This document shows, in pieces, positions 8,964 to 16,786 of a stretch of DNA of 64,000 bases; the first letter of the stretch is position 1; the number at the start of each line of letters is the position of its first letter. The stretch is from IMG/VR virus record IMGVR_UViG_3300049846_000440; one strand, written 5' to 3'. The notes below the pieces were generated by a model, which ran no database searches, had not been told where the DNA came from, and was given only the letters and a program-made list of their open reading frames with translations. Source of the stretch: an uncultured virus (IMG/VR IMGVR_UViG_3300049846_000440). Taxonomy: Duplodnaviria > Heunggongvirae > Uroviricota > Caudoviricetes. Both the position numbers and the translations under genes were made by a program.

Positions 8964-9005
8964 GAAGTGGACTGTAAACCACTTCTGTTCTATTGCGCAA
9001 TAGAA
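8964..9005 (-). promoter_or_regulatory. sigma70-like promoter overlapped by two inverted repeats
   Basis: Minus strand TTGCGC-N18-TACAGT, 8 nt before ATG 8962; perfect 18-bp palindrome TTCTATTGCGCAATAGAA (8988-9005) and GAAGTGG-N8-CCACTTC (8964-8985). Confidence 0.55.
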
Positions 9006-9008
9006 AAA

Positions 9009-9092
9009 TCACCAATCTGAATCATTATCGTGCGTAACCCAAAGCCACGAAAACAAAGCGGACATCGCGACGAACAAAATAAGTTTAATCAT
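9009..9092 (-). CDS. possible 27-aa membrane peptide
   Basis: MIKLILFVAMSALFSWLWVTHDNDSDW; ATGA overlap with the polymerase stop. Confidence 0.35.
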   Translation of the reverse strand: MIKLILFVAMSALFSWLWVTHDNDSDW

Positions 9093-11941
9093 TTTGTGTA
9101 CGCTTTGGTGATTTTTGCTTCGGCAGCTTGGGGAAGCTCAGGCATCCACTCGGGAGGGGTTGACATGATCTTCTCGATGGCGTGTTTGGCTTCCTCCGCC
9201 TTGTCTTCGTCTACCAGACACACCGCTTCGTCATGCGCGTGGAGGATCACCTCGTATCCAGCTTTTTCAAGCCGAAGTAAGCAATCCGCAAACACGTCTC
9301 TGGCAGTTGCCTGAACGCAGTTATGCGCGATAATAGCTGGTTTACCGGGGCCACCTCGTACGGTAAATCTGTTTCTAGGGCCGCAGTTTATCAGGTCGTA
9401 AACTGGTTGCGGGAGTCTATCGGTATTGTCAGTGCTTGTTCCAGTGTAAGCCCGTGATTCAGCCGATAGTACAGAGTTGTTCTTTTTATACCTAAAGATT
9501 CTGCTTGTTTCAGGAAATCCGTAGGTAACCCCATACGATTCGTTAAAGATTTTCTTCTGTTCAAGCAATTCGTTCTCCGAGTTGCCCATCTGCAATTTTC
9601 CTTGTAATACCCTTTGTTGTTGTCGATTCGGTCCAAATCCAACCCGTTGGAGTATGTTGGTCCCATATCCTCCCAGAATTTCTGAAAAGATTCCCACGCT
9701 TTCGCTACAGTTATCCCACGCTCGCCGTAGTTTTTGTAAGCGGGATGCGTCGTATTTTGACATCGAGCCTTCATGGACCGCCACACTGCAAATGCTGGAT
9801 GCTTCGACATCCCATGTTTGGTTCTTTTTTTCCTTAGTTCCGCTTTGTAAAACGGGCATTGCTTTGAGCAGGAATCTGATCTTGGTATTTCCGAAGAGGG
9901 TTTTACTACTGTTTTTCCACAGTCGCATTGAACTTGCCATAGCCGTTTTGATCCATTTGACCCCATTGGAGCGATTACTGTTAAGCACCCAAAACGGGTT
10001 CCTAAAAGGTTTTTTGCTTTTACCATAGCGGGGAGTTACTAGCGAATCCAAAGGGTAGTTACAACATTTTTCAGCGGGTTCCCATCCTTCTTTACCTAGG
10101 AATAAGTGGTCCGGAGTAGCATACACCCCATGTACGTTTATGGTGGGTTTTATACCTTTTAGTACAAGCCCTGAATGCTTAACCCATGAATCCCCGTCCC
10201 AAACCAAATCGGATAATTGCACTAGGTTTAATGGGACCCATCCTTTGTCTGTTAGAACTTCAGTATCTCCAACCAAACAGTTTTCCGTGAGCAGGCCCCC
10301 GTAAACTTTCGTACGCATGAGTTTGCCTAGCCGGGGCATCAGCGCACTCGATCCTCCGTAGGATTTCGGTTGCTTGTAACGAAGTAGCCTTCCACTTGGT
10401 AGTTCTACGGTGAATTCCGGCTTTCCGTCCGCGAGTTTGAACGCCGCATCTAAACCGCTCCAAAGATTGACGTTCGCCGGATTGCTCTTTCGATAATCGT
10501 CTACCTGCTTCCACGAGTTGACCCAGTACCGCTTCTTAGCTTCAGAAGTATTCTGAAACTCCACCAACTGCTCCTCGTTGTTCTTTGATCGGTTCAATGC
10601 AGCGACGAACCTCTCTATATCCCCCTTCTCCAGTTCGGCTCCGAACACCTTCTCATACACCTCTGGAGGTAGGATCTGACCTGCAAAGGTAACGAACTTA
10701 TGCCATCCGCACCCGTACCCCAGTCCGAGAACCCGAGTCTTTGCCACCTGCCGAAGGAAAGGGTCTCCTTCCTTCAATGGTCGCGGGTCTGCGTACCCTA
10801 GAGTAGCCCGTGCGTGGGCCTCGTAGATGTCCATTCCCGACCGAAGAGCGTTCAACATCTCGGTGTCGTTGGCTAGGATCGCCATGCAACGTGGTTCGAT
10901 GTTACTCAAATCGCAGACCACCAGTGTTTTCCCGTTCGGAGCGACGATTCGCTTGCGTAGGTTCACCTCAAAAAGATCCGCCCTAGGCATATTCTGTACG
11001 TTGAAACCTGTATCCCCGCTCCAACGTCCCGTGTGCGCTCCAAAGTACTTCAGCCCGAAGCCCATGTGCCCGTTCGGACGTGTGCGTAGGCGCATCGTCT
11101 TGAACTTCAGCAGGATGGCGTTGATCCTCCGGTAGTCGCTCATTGCCTGCGCAAATGGGTACTTCTCAGAGAACTCCTCCTTCCACAGATCGAAGTCCGG
11201 GGAGTCCTGCGCCATACTCTTTGGTGCGCGGATACCGTGTTTGCGACACTCTTCAGCCAGCGCCTTCGGGCTAAGTACCTTCGCGTCCTCGTTGTCGGCC
11301 CAAGGTATGAGCTTTCTTGCCTGCCAGAGCTTCAGTTCCAAGGCCCGTATGTCGGCCTCGCAGCCCTCCAAATCAATCGGCAGACCGTTGGTACACATCG
11401 TACGGGTATGCCGTGAAAGCTCTCGTTCGTGTTGTGGCCAAGCATCTGAGAGATCTGCCCACAATTTTACGCAAGCCCGTGAATCCTTGAGCGCGTACTC
11501 GGTGACTTCCTGTTTGAACTCCGGGGTCATGGATTCCCACGATTTCCCCGTCATGTTGTCACGGGTACTCTTGTTGACTTCGATCTTGTAGATCGCCGCC
11601 ATCGCTTCCTTGAGCGATCTTGGGTAGCCTAGGTAGGTCACTAGATCCGCCGTGTCGTGCCATTCTCTGGGGGCCACATGAGCCGGGACAATTCCAAGTT
11701 CCTTCAACCGTTCAAACACCGCAGCGTCGAAGTTCGCGTTGTGCGAAAGCCACACAGTGTCGTGGATGCACCCCCAGTCAAACTCCTTCGGGTCGCCTGC
11801 ATACTCGTTCCCGTCATCGCCCACGATGGACACCATGTAGGCGTTGAACTTCTCGTGGTGAGTATAGTGCCAGTAGCCTAGATCAACTACTGAGTATTCC
11901 TTATCGTAATAAGTTTCAAAATCGATTGCGTAGATGTTCAT
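9089..11941 (-). CDS. polA: family A DNA polymerase with 3'-5' exonuclease, interrupted by an intein (950-aa precursor, ~630 aa mature)
   Basis: Exo I AIDFETY, HNANFD; HTGRWSG, NVQNMPR, motif A DLSNIEPR, motif B RQVAKTRVLGLGYG, TEN|CVQATARD, motif C HAHDE. Start taken at ATG 11941. Confidence 0.92.
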   Translation of the reverse strand: MNIYAIDFETYYDKEYSVVDLGYWHYTHHEKFNAYMVSIVGDDGNEYAGDPKEFDWGCIHDTVWLSHNANFDAAVFERLKELGIVPAHVAPREWHDTADLVTYLGYPRSLKEAMAAIYKIEVNKSTRDNMTGKSWESMTPEFKQEVTEYALKDSRACVKLWADLSDAWPQHERELSRHTRTMCTNGLPIDLEGCEADIRALELKLWQARKLIPWADNEDAKVLSPKALAEECRKHGIRAPKSMAQDSPDFDLWKEEFSEKYPFAQAMSDYRRINAILLKFKTMRLRTRPNGHMGFGLKYFGAHTGRWSGDTGFNVQNMPRADLFEVNLRKRIVAPNGKTLVVCDLSNIEPRCMAILANDTEMLNALRSGMDIYEAHARATLGYADPRPLKEGDPFLRQVAKTRVLGLGYGCGWHKFVTFAGQILPPEVYEKVFGAELEKGDIERFVAALNRSKNNEEQLVEFQNTSEAKKRYWVNSWKQVDDYRKSNPANVNLWSGLDAAFKLADGKPEFTVELPSGRLLRYKQPKSYGGSSALMPRLGKLMRTKVYGGLLTENCLVGDTEVLTDKGWVPLNLVQLSDLVWDGDSWVKHSGLVLKGIKPTINVHGVYATPDHLFLGKEGWEPAEKCCNYPLDSLVTPRYGKSKKPFRNPFWVLNSNRSNGVKWIKTAMASSMRLWKNSSKTLFGNTKIRFLLKAMPVLQSGTKEKKNQTWDVEASSICSVAVHEGSMSKYDASRLQKLRRAWDNCSESVGIFSEILGGYGTNILQRVGFGPNRQQQRVLQGKLQMGNSENELLEQKKIFNESYGVTYGFPETSRIFRYKKNNSVLSAESRAYTGTSTDNTDRLPQPVYDLINCGPRNRFTVRGGPGKPAIIAHNCVQATARDVFADCLLRLEKAGYEVILHAHDEAVCLVDEDKAEEAKHAIEKIMSTPPEWMPELPQAAEAKITKAYTK
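9320..10279 (-). mobile_element. intein (320 aa) in DNA polymerase
   Basis: Block A CLVGDTEVLTDKGW, block B ATPDHLF, block F VYDLINCG, block G IIAHN followed by +1 Cys; removing it restores GLLTEN-CVQATARD. Confidence 0.93.
9391..10026 (-). CDS. HNH-type (His-Me finger) homing endonuclease nested in the intein in the +1 frame
   Basis: LLGTRFGCLTVI...WQVQCDCGK, HGMSKHPAFAVWRSMKARC, YKNYGERGITV, LDLDRIDNNKGYYKENCRWATRRTNCLNRR, C-terminal HTH-like GIKRTTLYYRLNHG. Confidence 0.9.
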   Translation of the reverse strand: MVKAKNLLGTRFGCLTVIAPMGSNGSKRLWQVQCDCGKTVVKPSSEIPRSDSCSKQCPFYKAELRKKRTKHGMSKHPAFAVWRSMKARCQNTTHPAYKNYGERGITVAKAWESFQKFWEDMGPTYSNGLDLDRIDNNKGYYKENCRWATRRTNCLNRRKSLTNRMGLPTDFLKQAESLGIKRTTLYYRLNHGLTLEQALTIPIDSRNQFTT

Positions 11942-11959
11942 GCTTTTTGTGTAAAAAAG

Positions 11960-12073
11960 AGGGAAGGTTGGCTTTGTTTCACACGGTGCAACAGCGATGT
12001 CAAAATCAGTGAAAACATCGCCAACATCATCCTGTGACCGAATCTCTCGGTCCACCATTCGCCAACCTTCCCT
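11960..12073 (-). ncRNA. candidate multibranch structured RNA in the polymerase leader
   Basis: Perfect 13-bp closing stem AGGGAAGGTTGGC/GCCAACCTTCCCT enclosing three hairpins. Confidence 0.55.
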
Positions 12074-12116
12074 AATTCGTATTTATACTCCCGCTAGTTT
12101 AGAAGCAAGAGTTGGG

Positions 12117-12362
12117 TTATGATACCCGCCAAATCCGAGCTTCAGAGTCTTCTGCCCGGATGGTGTACTTACGTCCCGTCTTTTTGGTGATACGATACGC
12201 AGTGCCCTGCAAGGAGGATCGCTTGTTCTTCGGTACCCCGAAACTTTCGCCAATCTCCAGTTGTTCGACCGGATACATCGAAGATGCTCCCGGAATCCTT
12301 CCACGTTTCGCCGGAGGAGGGCACGGAATCGAATTTGTAATTTGAGGAGTTACTGCTTCCAT
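12117..12362 (-). CDS. small putative DNA-binding protein
   Basis: YPVEQLEIGESFGVP...RKYTIR...ARIWRV, a pattern common in small phage DNA-binding proteins. Confidence 0.65.
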   Translation of the reverse strand: MEAVTPQITNSIPCPPPAKRGRIPGASSMYPVEQLEIGESFGVPKNKRSSLQGTAYRITKKTGRKYTIRAEDSEARIWRVS

Positions 12363-12366
12363 ACTT

Positions 12367-12678
12367 TCATTTCCATACTTTCAAATGGCACATAAGGCCA
12401 ATGAGTCCATAGTTTGTGATGTCTCTCCAAGTGTCAGCAATGGACTCACAGTTTGCTTCTGCTTGGGTTTTAAACAGGTTCTTCAACCTGTTGATTTTAT
12501 CATTCAAGCGTACTAACACGCCGAATTCACCAAAATCTGCAATATTACCTGAGCCATAGTCCAGTTGTTTTTTCTCAAACAGTTGAATTGCCTGCACGTA
12601 ATACGCCAGTGCAGTCTTTCCCATCTCAGTGGTAATATTGAGTTTCTGCGCGATTAACTCATCAATTTGGTCACTCAT
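12367..12678 (-). CDS. DUF1599 / nucleotide-modification-associated domain 1 protein
   Basis: KKQLDYG...GVLVRLNDKINRLKNL...ESIADTWRDITNYGLI. Confidence 0.8.
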   Translation of the reverse strand: MSDQIDELIAQKLNITTEMGKTALAYYVQAIQLFEKKQLDYGSGNIADFGEFGVLVRLNDKINRLKNLFKTQAEANCESIADTWRDITNYGLIGLMCHLKVWK

Positions 12679-12931
12679 TTTCTTCCTCCTTCGGTGTATA
12701 TTTCCTTTTTTGTTCGTACACTGTGGTCCCGTTTGAAGGGGACAAGTACGTTTTAAACGGTTTATGGATGTCGAAACCAAGGATTGACAGAGCAGATCGA
12801 ACGATACCCTCCAGACTTTCTGCGCTCATTTTGGGGTTATCCTTGATGAGCTTTACCAGATCCCTGTTCTTAATTTCCCCTCTGTGGTAGTACGGGTCAG
12901 CGGTTACCACGAACTGTTTGGTGAGGTCCAT
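12671..12931 (-). CDS. hypothetical protein
   Basis: Operon packing. Confidence 0.65.
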   Translation of the reverse strand: MDLTKQFVVTADPYYHRGEIKNRDLVKLIKDNPKMSAESLEGIVRSALSILGFDIHKPFKTYLSPSNGTTVYEQKRKYTPKEEENE

Positions 12932-12932
12932 A

Positions 12933-13697
12933 TTACCGAATTAGAAGGCTACGGAAGAACTGCTGCGCCTCAGGGGTGTGGACCCCTGTAAGTTTGAAAA
13001 CAGGAACGTACCATGCGTACTTATCTGACGTACGAAGTTCAACAGACACAGACCATTTCCCACCGAGCAACCCTGTGGACTTTAGCTGGTTGCCTGCCGT
13101 AGTGATGATCCTCTTTGCCGATGCCGTGTACGCGGTTTTCGCCAGTGTCCACAACGCCAAGGCGTAGTCGGCACCGTCAAAGGATTCGCAGAACAGGGAC
13201 TCGGATTCCTCCGAGCAATTTGTCGGGCGTTTTATCGCGACTTGGAGATGCGCGATTTCGCTGAACAAAACCCCCTCGCCTCTAAACAACGACCCTCCTA
13301 CTTCTCGCACTTCTGCCATAGTGTCGAACAGACGAGGATGCTCTTCAGAATCGTAGGAAAGCACCTCTTGATACTGCTTCTTCAGCCGAAGAACGGTGAC
13401 TTCTTCCAACGTGTCCTTCTTCGTGGAAAGCACTGCGTCCTTATTGAAGACGAGTGATCCGGCTTCAAACATGTCGCCCAGTTTTCCGAGCTTTTGAACG
13501 AGGTTGATGCGGGGCAGCTTAATGTCCGAACCAGTGATCTCGCCTTCAAGTCCCCCACAACCCTGTTCCGAAGGTGTCGCAAGCCGTGTTTCCTGAACCG
13601 CTGGGACCAGTTCGGCTTTTGCTTCTACTACAGCCGGAATTTCTTCTACTGCTTCAGTCTTGTTTTCTTTAGCTTTGTTAAACGATACGGTTGCCAT
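12933..13697 (-). CDS. putative ssDNA-binding/annealing protein
   Basis: GEITGSDIKLPRINLVQ N-terminal motif and aromatic C-terminal strand (YAWYVPVF); position between nuclease and polymerase. Confidence 0.5.
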   Translation of the reverse strand: MATVSFNKAKENKTEAVEEIPAVVEAKAELVPAVQETRLATPSEQGCGGLEGEITGSDIKLPRINLVQKLGKLGDMFEAGSLVFNKDAVLSTKKDTLEEVTVLRLKKQYQEVLSYDSEEHPRLFDTMAEVREVGGSLFRGEGVLFSEIAHLQVAIKRPTNCSEESESLFCESFDGADYALALWTLAKTAYTASAKRIITTAGNQLKSTGLLGGKWSVSVELRTSDKYAWYVPVFKLTGVHTPEAQQFFRSLLIR

Positions 13698-13698
13698 G

Positions 13699-16113
13699 TT
13701 ATTTGTTTTCTACTTGTTTCAGGTACTTGATGGTTGATTCCTCTTTCAGGAGACCTGCGTCCCTCAAGAGGTCATCGAGTTCTTGCTTACTCTGGGCTTT
13801 CTTTCCCTTTTCAGCACAGGACGCGAAGTTCTTCTCCAGATCGGTGATGCTCACCCGAGACACCGACTCCAGAAATTTTTCAACGGGCATTTTGTCTTTT
13901 AGGACTTCCCACGCTCCAAACGCGCTATTGATGCTGCGCGATGTTGCCCGTTCCAGTAATGCGAAGCCGGGAATCGTGAAGCCTTCGTAGATCGCCTTGC
14001 GTAGGACTTCTTCTTTGAATTTCGAGGCCCATCCCTCAAAGATTGGGATCAGTTGTAGGATCTCGGCTACTTGTTCAGGGTTATCCAGATCGATCTTGGA
14101 CGCGCCTGAGTTGATGGTTTCAGCCTTGGTAAGCATTGACTCCGCCAGTTTAGCGCAGCTTCCTTTTTTTCCACAGTACTGGCAGGCTTTGACGGATGGG
14201 TTGAAGGCGGCTGGATCGGCTTTCTTCGCCCTCGCAATGATCGTTTCGATCCGCAGCTTGATGTCGGCGTAGTGCTTACCCCGAGTGAAAGTGTGAACAC
14301 TGACCTCATCCCGGCGCGGAAGGAGAATGTGGATGGTAAGTTCGTCAACATGTACCCAGCGGTCCCACAGTCCGATTGCGTAGGCTTGGAGCTGTGCGTT
14401 GAACTCCGCGTCAGGTACTGACTTTCTTCCAAACTTGGTATCCACCAAATGCGCCGAACGCCCGTCGATAAGAATCCAGTCTGCGGTACCGAACTGGTCC
14501 AGAATCCGAAGGCGTTCTTCTTTGTACACCTTGGTGGTCGCGGTCTTTAAGTCTTCGATGTACCCCAAGCACATCTCAACCATCAACGCCTGTTCCTCGG
14601 TCAACCCATCGGTTGACTCTTTCTCCATCGCCTCATGGCAGCGCGTACCTTCGTCGGCTGCGGTGGTGTCCTTGTTCGGATCGTTGTCGTTCTCCCATCC
14701 GGAACACAGTTCCCGGTAGATGAGGCTTGATGGGGAGTAGCGAGCGTGGGCGCGGTCCTTGTGATTCGGATCTTCTTTAGGCGATGTTTCTTGCATATCT
14801 GTGGTTATTGAACTAACTGGTTTAACGGATTCTGTCAACGACCCATCATTAAAAACTTCAAGATTTTTCAATTTAGTATCAATTGATTTCTTAACCTTCT
14901 CTTCGATGGTTCCGGCGGCAAACAGCACACGTTGTTGGGAAGTACTCTTACCCCCAGCCCGATGAACTCGGCCCATCACTTGGATGAGTTCCTTCGCGTT
15001 GAAACTCGGACTGATCAATGCAGTCCTAGGAAACGTGCCGATCTCGTCGTGCAAAGACACTCCTGTACCTCCTGCTGCGATGTTGCAGATGATCAGTCGA
15101 CTTTGCCCTGACTGGAACTCGTTCATTGAGGCTGCCCGTGCGTCTGCTGATTGCCCTCCACGAATGAAGCACTTGGTGCCTAGCCGTTCTGCCAAGGCAT
15201 CGACGGTCGCATTGAAGTTCACGAAGATGGCAACGCTGCGCTTTTCTTTCAGTGCCTGTTCAGTCGCTTCCAGAATGTACGGCACCTTTAGAAGTTCGAC
15301 CGCCTGACGCGCACGGAGTTGTTTGACCAGACCCTCTGCCCCACTCTTGTCATCCTGCATCTGGGTTTTAAGTTCTGAGATCTCCTCATCCATCGTCGCA
15401 TACAGCTTCTGGATTTCTCCTTCGTCTCCGAAATCAATTGGTTCTGTGATTACTTGGGACTCTCCAAAGTGTTCCTTCATGTTCTCCACTTTGAGCCGGG
15501 AGCCTTTACTCTGACCGAAGATCTGGGCATGGATTTTCTCCAGTTCTTTAGGGCCGCCTTTGAATTCTAAGGCACCCCAAGGGTTTGGCTTGCACCCCGT
15601 CTTACGAAGCCAGTTCCAGTAATCCTTGAGATTGTGCAGTCCAAGAGCGTAGCCAAGGGCTTTCATTTCGGTAGGATCTTCGGCGGCAGTTGCAGAGAGT
15701 AGAAGGTTGTAAAATTTCTTAGAACCAATCAACATCTTGCTGTTTTGGGACGTCATGCTCATGCATTTCTGCACCTCATCCCAAATGATGAACGAGTTCT
15801 CGCTCTTAAAGGCGGCCCACTCCCACTGCTTCCTCGCGTTGAATTTCCCGTAGCCTGCGTTCTTTGACTTGAGCTTCTCGTAGTTGATTACCCGTGCGCG
15901 TACTCCACGGTCCTGCAACGCCGCAGTCCAAGCTGGAATGGTTGCCTTTGGACATACCACCAATGTCTCCATCCCCAGACGTGCCGCCAGTTCCACGGCG
16001 ACGATTGTTTTTCCGCACCCAGTCTCCGAAGCGTCCAATGCTGCTCTGTTTTTGCGGAGACTTTCTTCCAAGATCTTGGCATGGGATTCCTGAATTTTGT
16101 ATAATGTTTTCAT
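13699..16113 (-). CDS. SNF2-like SF2 helicase fused to a DUF2800/Cas4-like PD-(D/E)XK nuclease
   Basis: ETGCGKT, IIWDEVQ, LSATA, GGTGVSL, QVMGRVHRAG; then HARYSPSS...C...EGTRCHE...FGTAD...DTKFG...QLQAYA...CQYC...C. Confidence 0.85.
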   Translation of the reverse strand: MKTLYKIQESHAKILEESLRKNRAALDASETGCGKTIVAVELAARLGMETLVVCPKATIPAWTAALQDRGVRARVINYEKLKSKNAGYGKFNARKQWEWAAFKSENSFIIWDEVQKCMSMTSQNSKMLIGSKKFYNLLLSATAAEDPTEMKALGYALGLHNLKDYWNWLRKTGCKPNPWGALEFKGGPKELEKIHAQIFGQSKGSRLKVENMKEHFGESQVITEPIDFGDEGEIQKLYATMDEEISELKTQMQDDKSGAEGLVKQLRARQAVELLKVPYILEATEQALKEKRSVAIFVNFNATVDALAERLGTKCFIRGGQSADARAASMNEFQSGQSRLIICNIAAGGTGVSLHDEIGTFPRTALISPSFNAKELIQVMGRVHRAGGKSTSQQRVLFAAGTIEEKVKKSIDTKLKNLEVFNDGSLTESVKPVSSITTDMQETSPKEDPNHKDRAHARYSPSSLIYRELCSGWENDNDPNKDTTAADEGTRCHEAMEKESTDGLTEEQALMVEMCLGYIEDLKTATTKVYKEERLRILDQFGTADWILIDGRSAHLVDTKFGRKSVPDAEFNAQLQAYAIGLWDRWVHVDELTIHILLPRRDEVSVHTFTRGKHYADIKLRIETIIARAKKADPAAFNPSVKACQYCGKKGSCAKLAESMLTKAETINSGASKIDLDNPEQVAEILQLIPIFEGWASKFKEEVLRKAIYEGFTIPGFALLERATSRSINSAFGAWEVLKDKMPVEKFLESVSRVSITDLEKNFASCAEKGKKAQSKQELDDLLRDAGLLKEESTIKYLKQVENK

Positions 16114-16121
16114 GTAAAAAG

Positions 16122-16194
16122 TACCGAGGACAGGAGTCGAACCTGCAACCAAGCGATTATGAGTCGCCTGCTCTAACCTTTGAGCTACCCCGGT
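16122..16194 (-). tRNA. tRNA with CAT anticodon, most likely tRNA-Ile2 (lysidine, reads AUA); CCA not encoded
   Basis: Cloverleaf ACCGGGG/CCTCGGT, TAGCTC..AGAGC D arm, GGCGA-CTCATAA-TCGCT anticodon arm, GGTTCGACTCC T arm; anticodon arm matches what I recall of enterobacterial tRNA-Ile2. Confidence 0.9.
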
Positions 16195-16200
16195 GTAGGG

Positions 16201-16641
16201 TTATTTTTCGTAGGCGCGGAGTATCAGGAGGGCGTCCGCAGTCGCCAGAGTCACATCCTGATCGGGGAATACTCGTTGAGCTTCCCCTTTGAGTTTGTTC
16301 TTCCACTCAGTCTTTGAAAGCCCGCTTGCCGTACCTAAGCTGAGTTTCTTCTGCCATTCTTTCGGGTTAACGAGGATCACTGAAAACCCAAGGGACATCA
16401 GTACTCCCTTGCAAAACCCCCACGACGAAGCGTAGACCGACATCGCGGATGACGGCATATTGGTTCCAGCGAATTTGACAAGGTTTTCCAGATGCGCCAC
16501 CGAAGCTCCTTCATTTCGCTTCTTGCGTAACAATGCAAGAAGATCCCCCTCAGTCGCTGGCATCCGGCAACTCCATATACTGCCGTCTGCGTTTCTTCCT
16601 GCCAAACCCCCATTGGCTCCGGGGTCAATGGCGACGATCAC
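16201..16641 (-). CDS. RuvC-like Holliday junction resolvase
   Basis: IVAIDPGANGG...HLE...PKEWQK...ADALLI. Confidence 0.85.
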   Translation of the reverse strand: MIVAIDPGANGGLAGRNADGSIWSCRMPATEGDLLALLRKKRNEGASVAHLENLVKFAGTNMPSSAMSVYASSWGFCKGVLMSLGFSVILVNPKEWQKKLSLGTASGLSKTEWKNKLKGEAQRVFPDQDVTLATADALLILRAYEK

Positions 16642-16784
16642 TTCTTTTTCCTTTTTGCTGCCGCTGCTTTGCGTTTCACCGAATAGGCGATTGCCACTGC
16701 CTGTTTGACTGGGCGGCCCGATTTTACCTCTGCCCGAATGTTTTCTTTGAACGCTTTTGCTGAAGTTGATTTTTTGAGTGGCAT
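16638..16784 (-). CDS. small basic phage protein (48 aa, not in ORF track)
   Basis: MPLKKSTSAKAFKENIRAEVKSGRPVKQAVAIAYSVKRKAAAAKRKKK; GTGA overlap with the resolvase start. Confidence 0.75.
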   Translation of the reverse strand: MPLKKSTSAKAFKENIRAEVKSGRPVKQAVAIAYSVKRKAAAAKRKKK

Positions 16785-16786
16785 AA

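Noticed and set aside
9391..10026. HNH gene as part of a group I intron
   Set aside because: The polymerase frame is uninterrupted and bounded by protein-splicing motifs; I saw no group I core elements.
9582..10028. 148-aa plus-strand ORF inside the intein as a third overlapping gene
   Set aside because: No motifs; best explained as an antisense shadow of the double-coding region.
9089..12058. Polymerase start at 12058 (989 aa) as given in the ORF track
   Set aside because: The extra 39 codons run through the structured RNA; exonuclease motif I sits right after ATG 11941, the more plausible start.
11960..12073. Hammerhead ribozyme or tRNA
   Set aside because: Lacks a correctly placed CUGANGA/GAAA core and tRNA D/T-loop consensus; kept only as an unclassified structure.
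8368..12678. DNA hypermodification pathway inferred from MazG-like + DUF1599 genes
   Set aside because: No base-modifying enzymes (thymidylate-synthase-like, PurZ, Que/Dpd, kinases) are recognisable in the window.
13699..16152. Helicase start at 16152
   Set aside because: It lies inside the tRNA gene; ATG 16113 is used instead.
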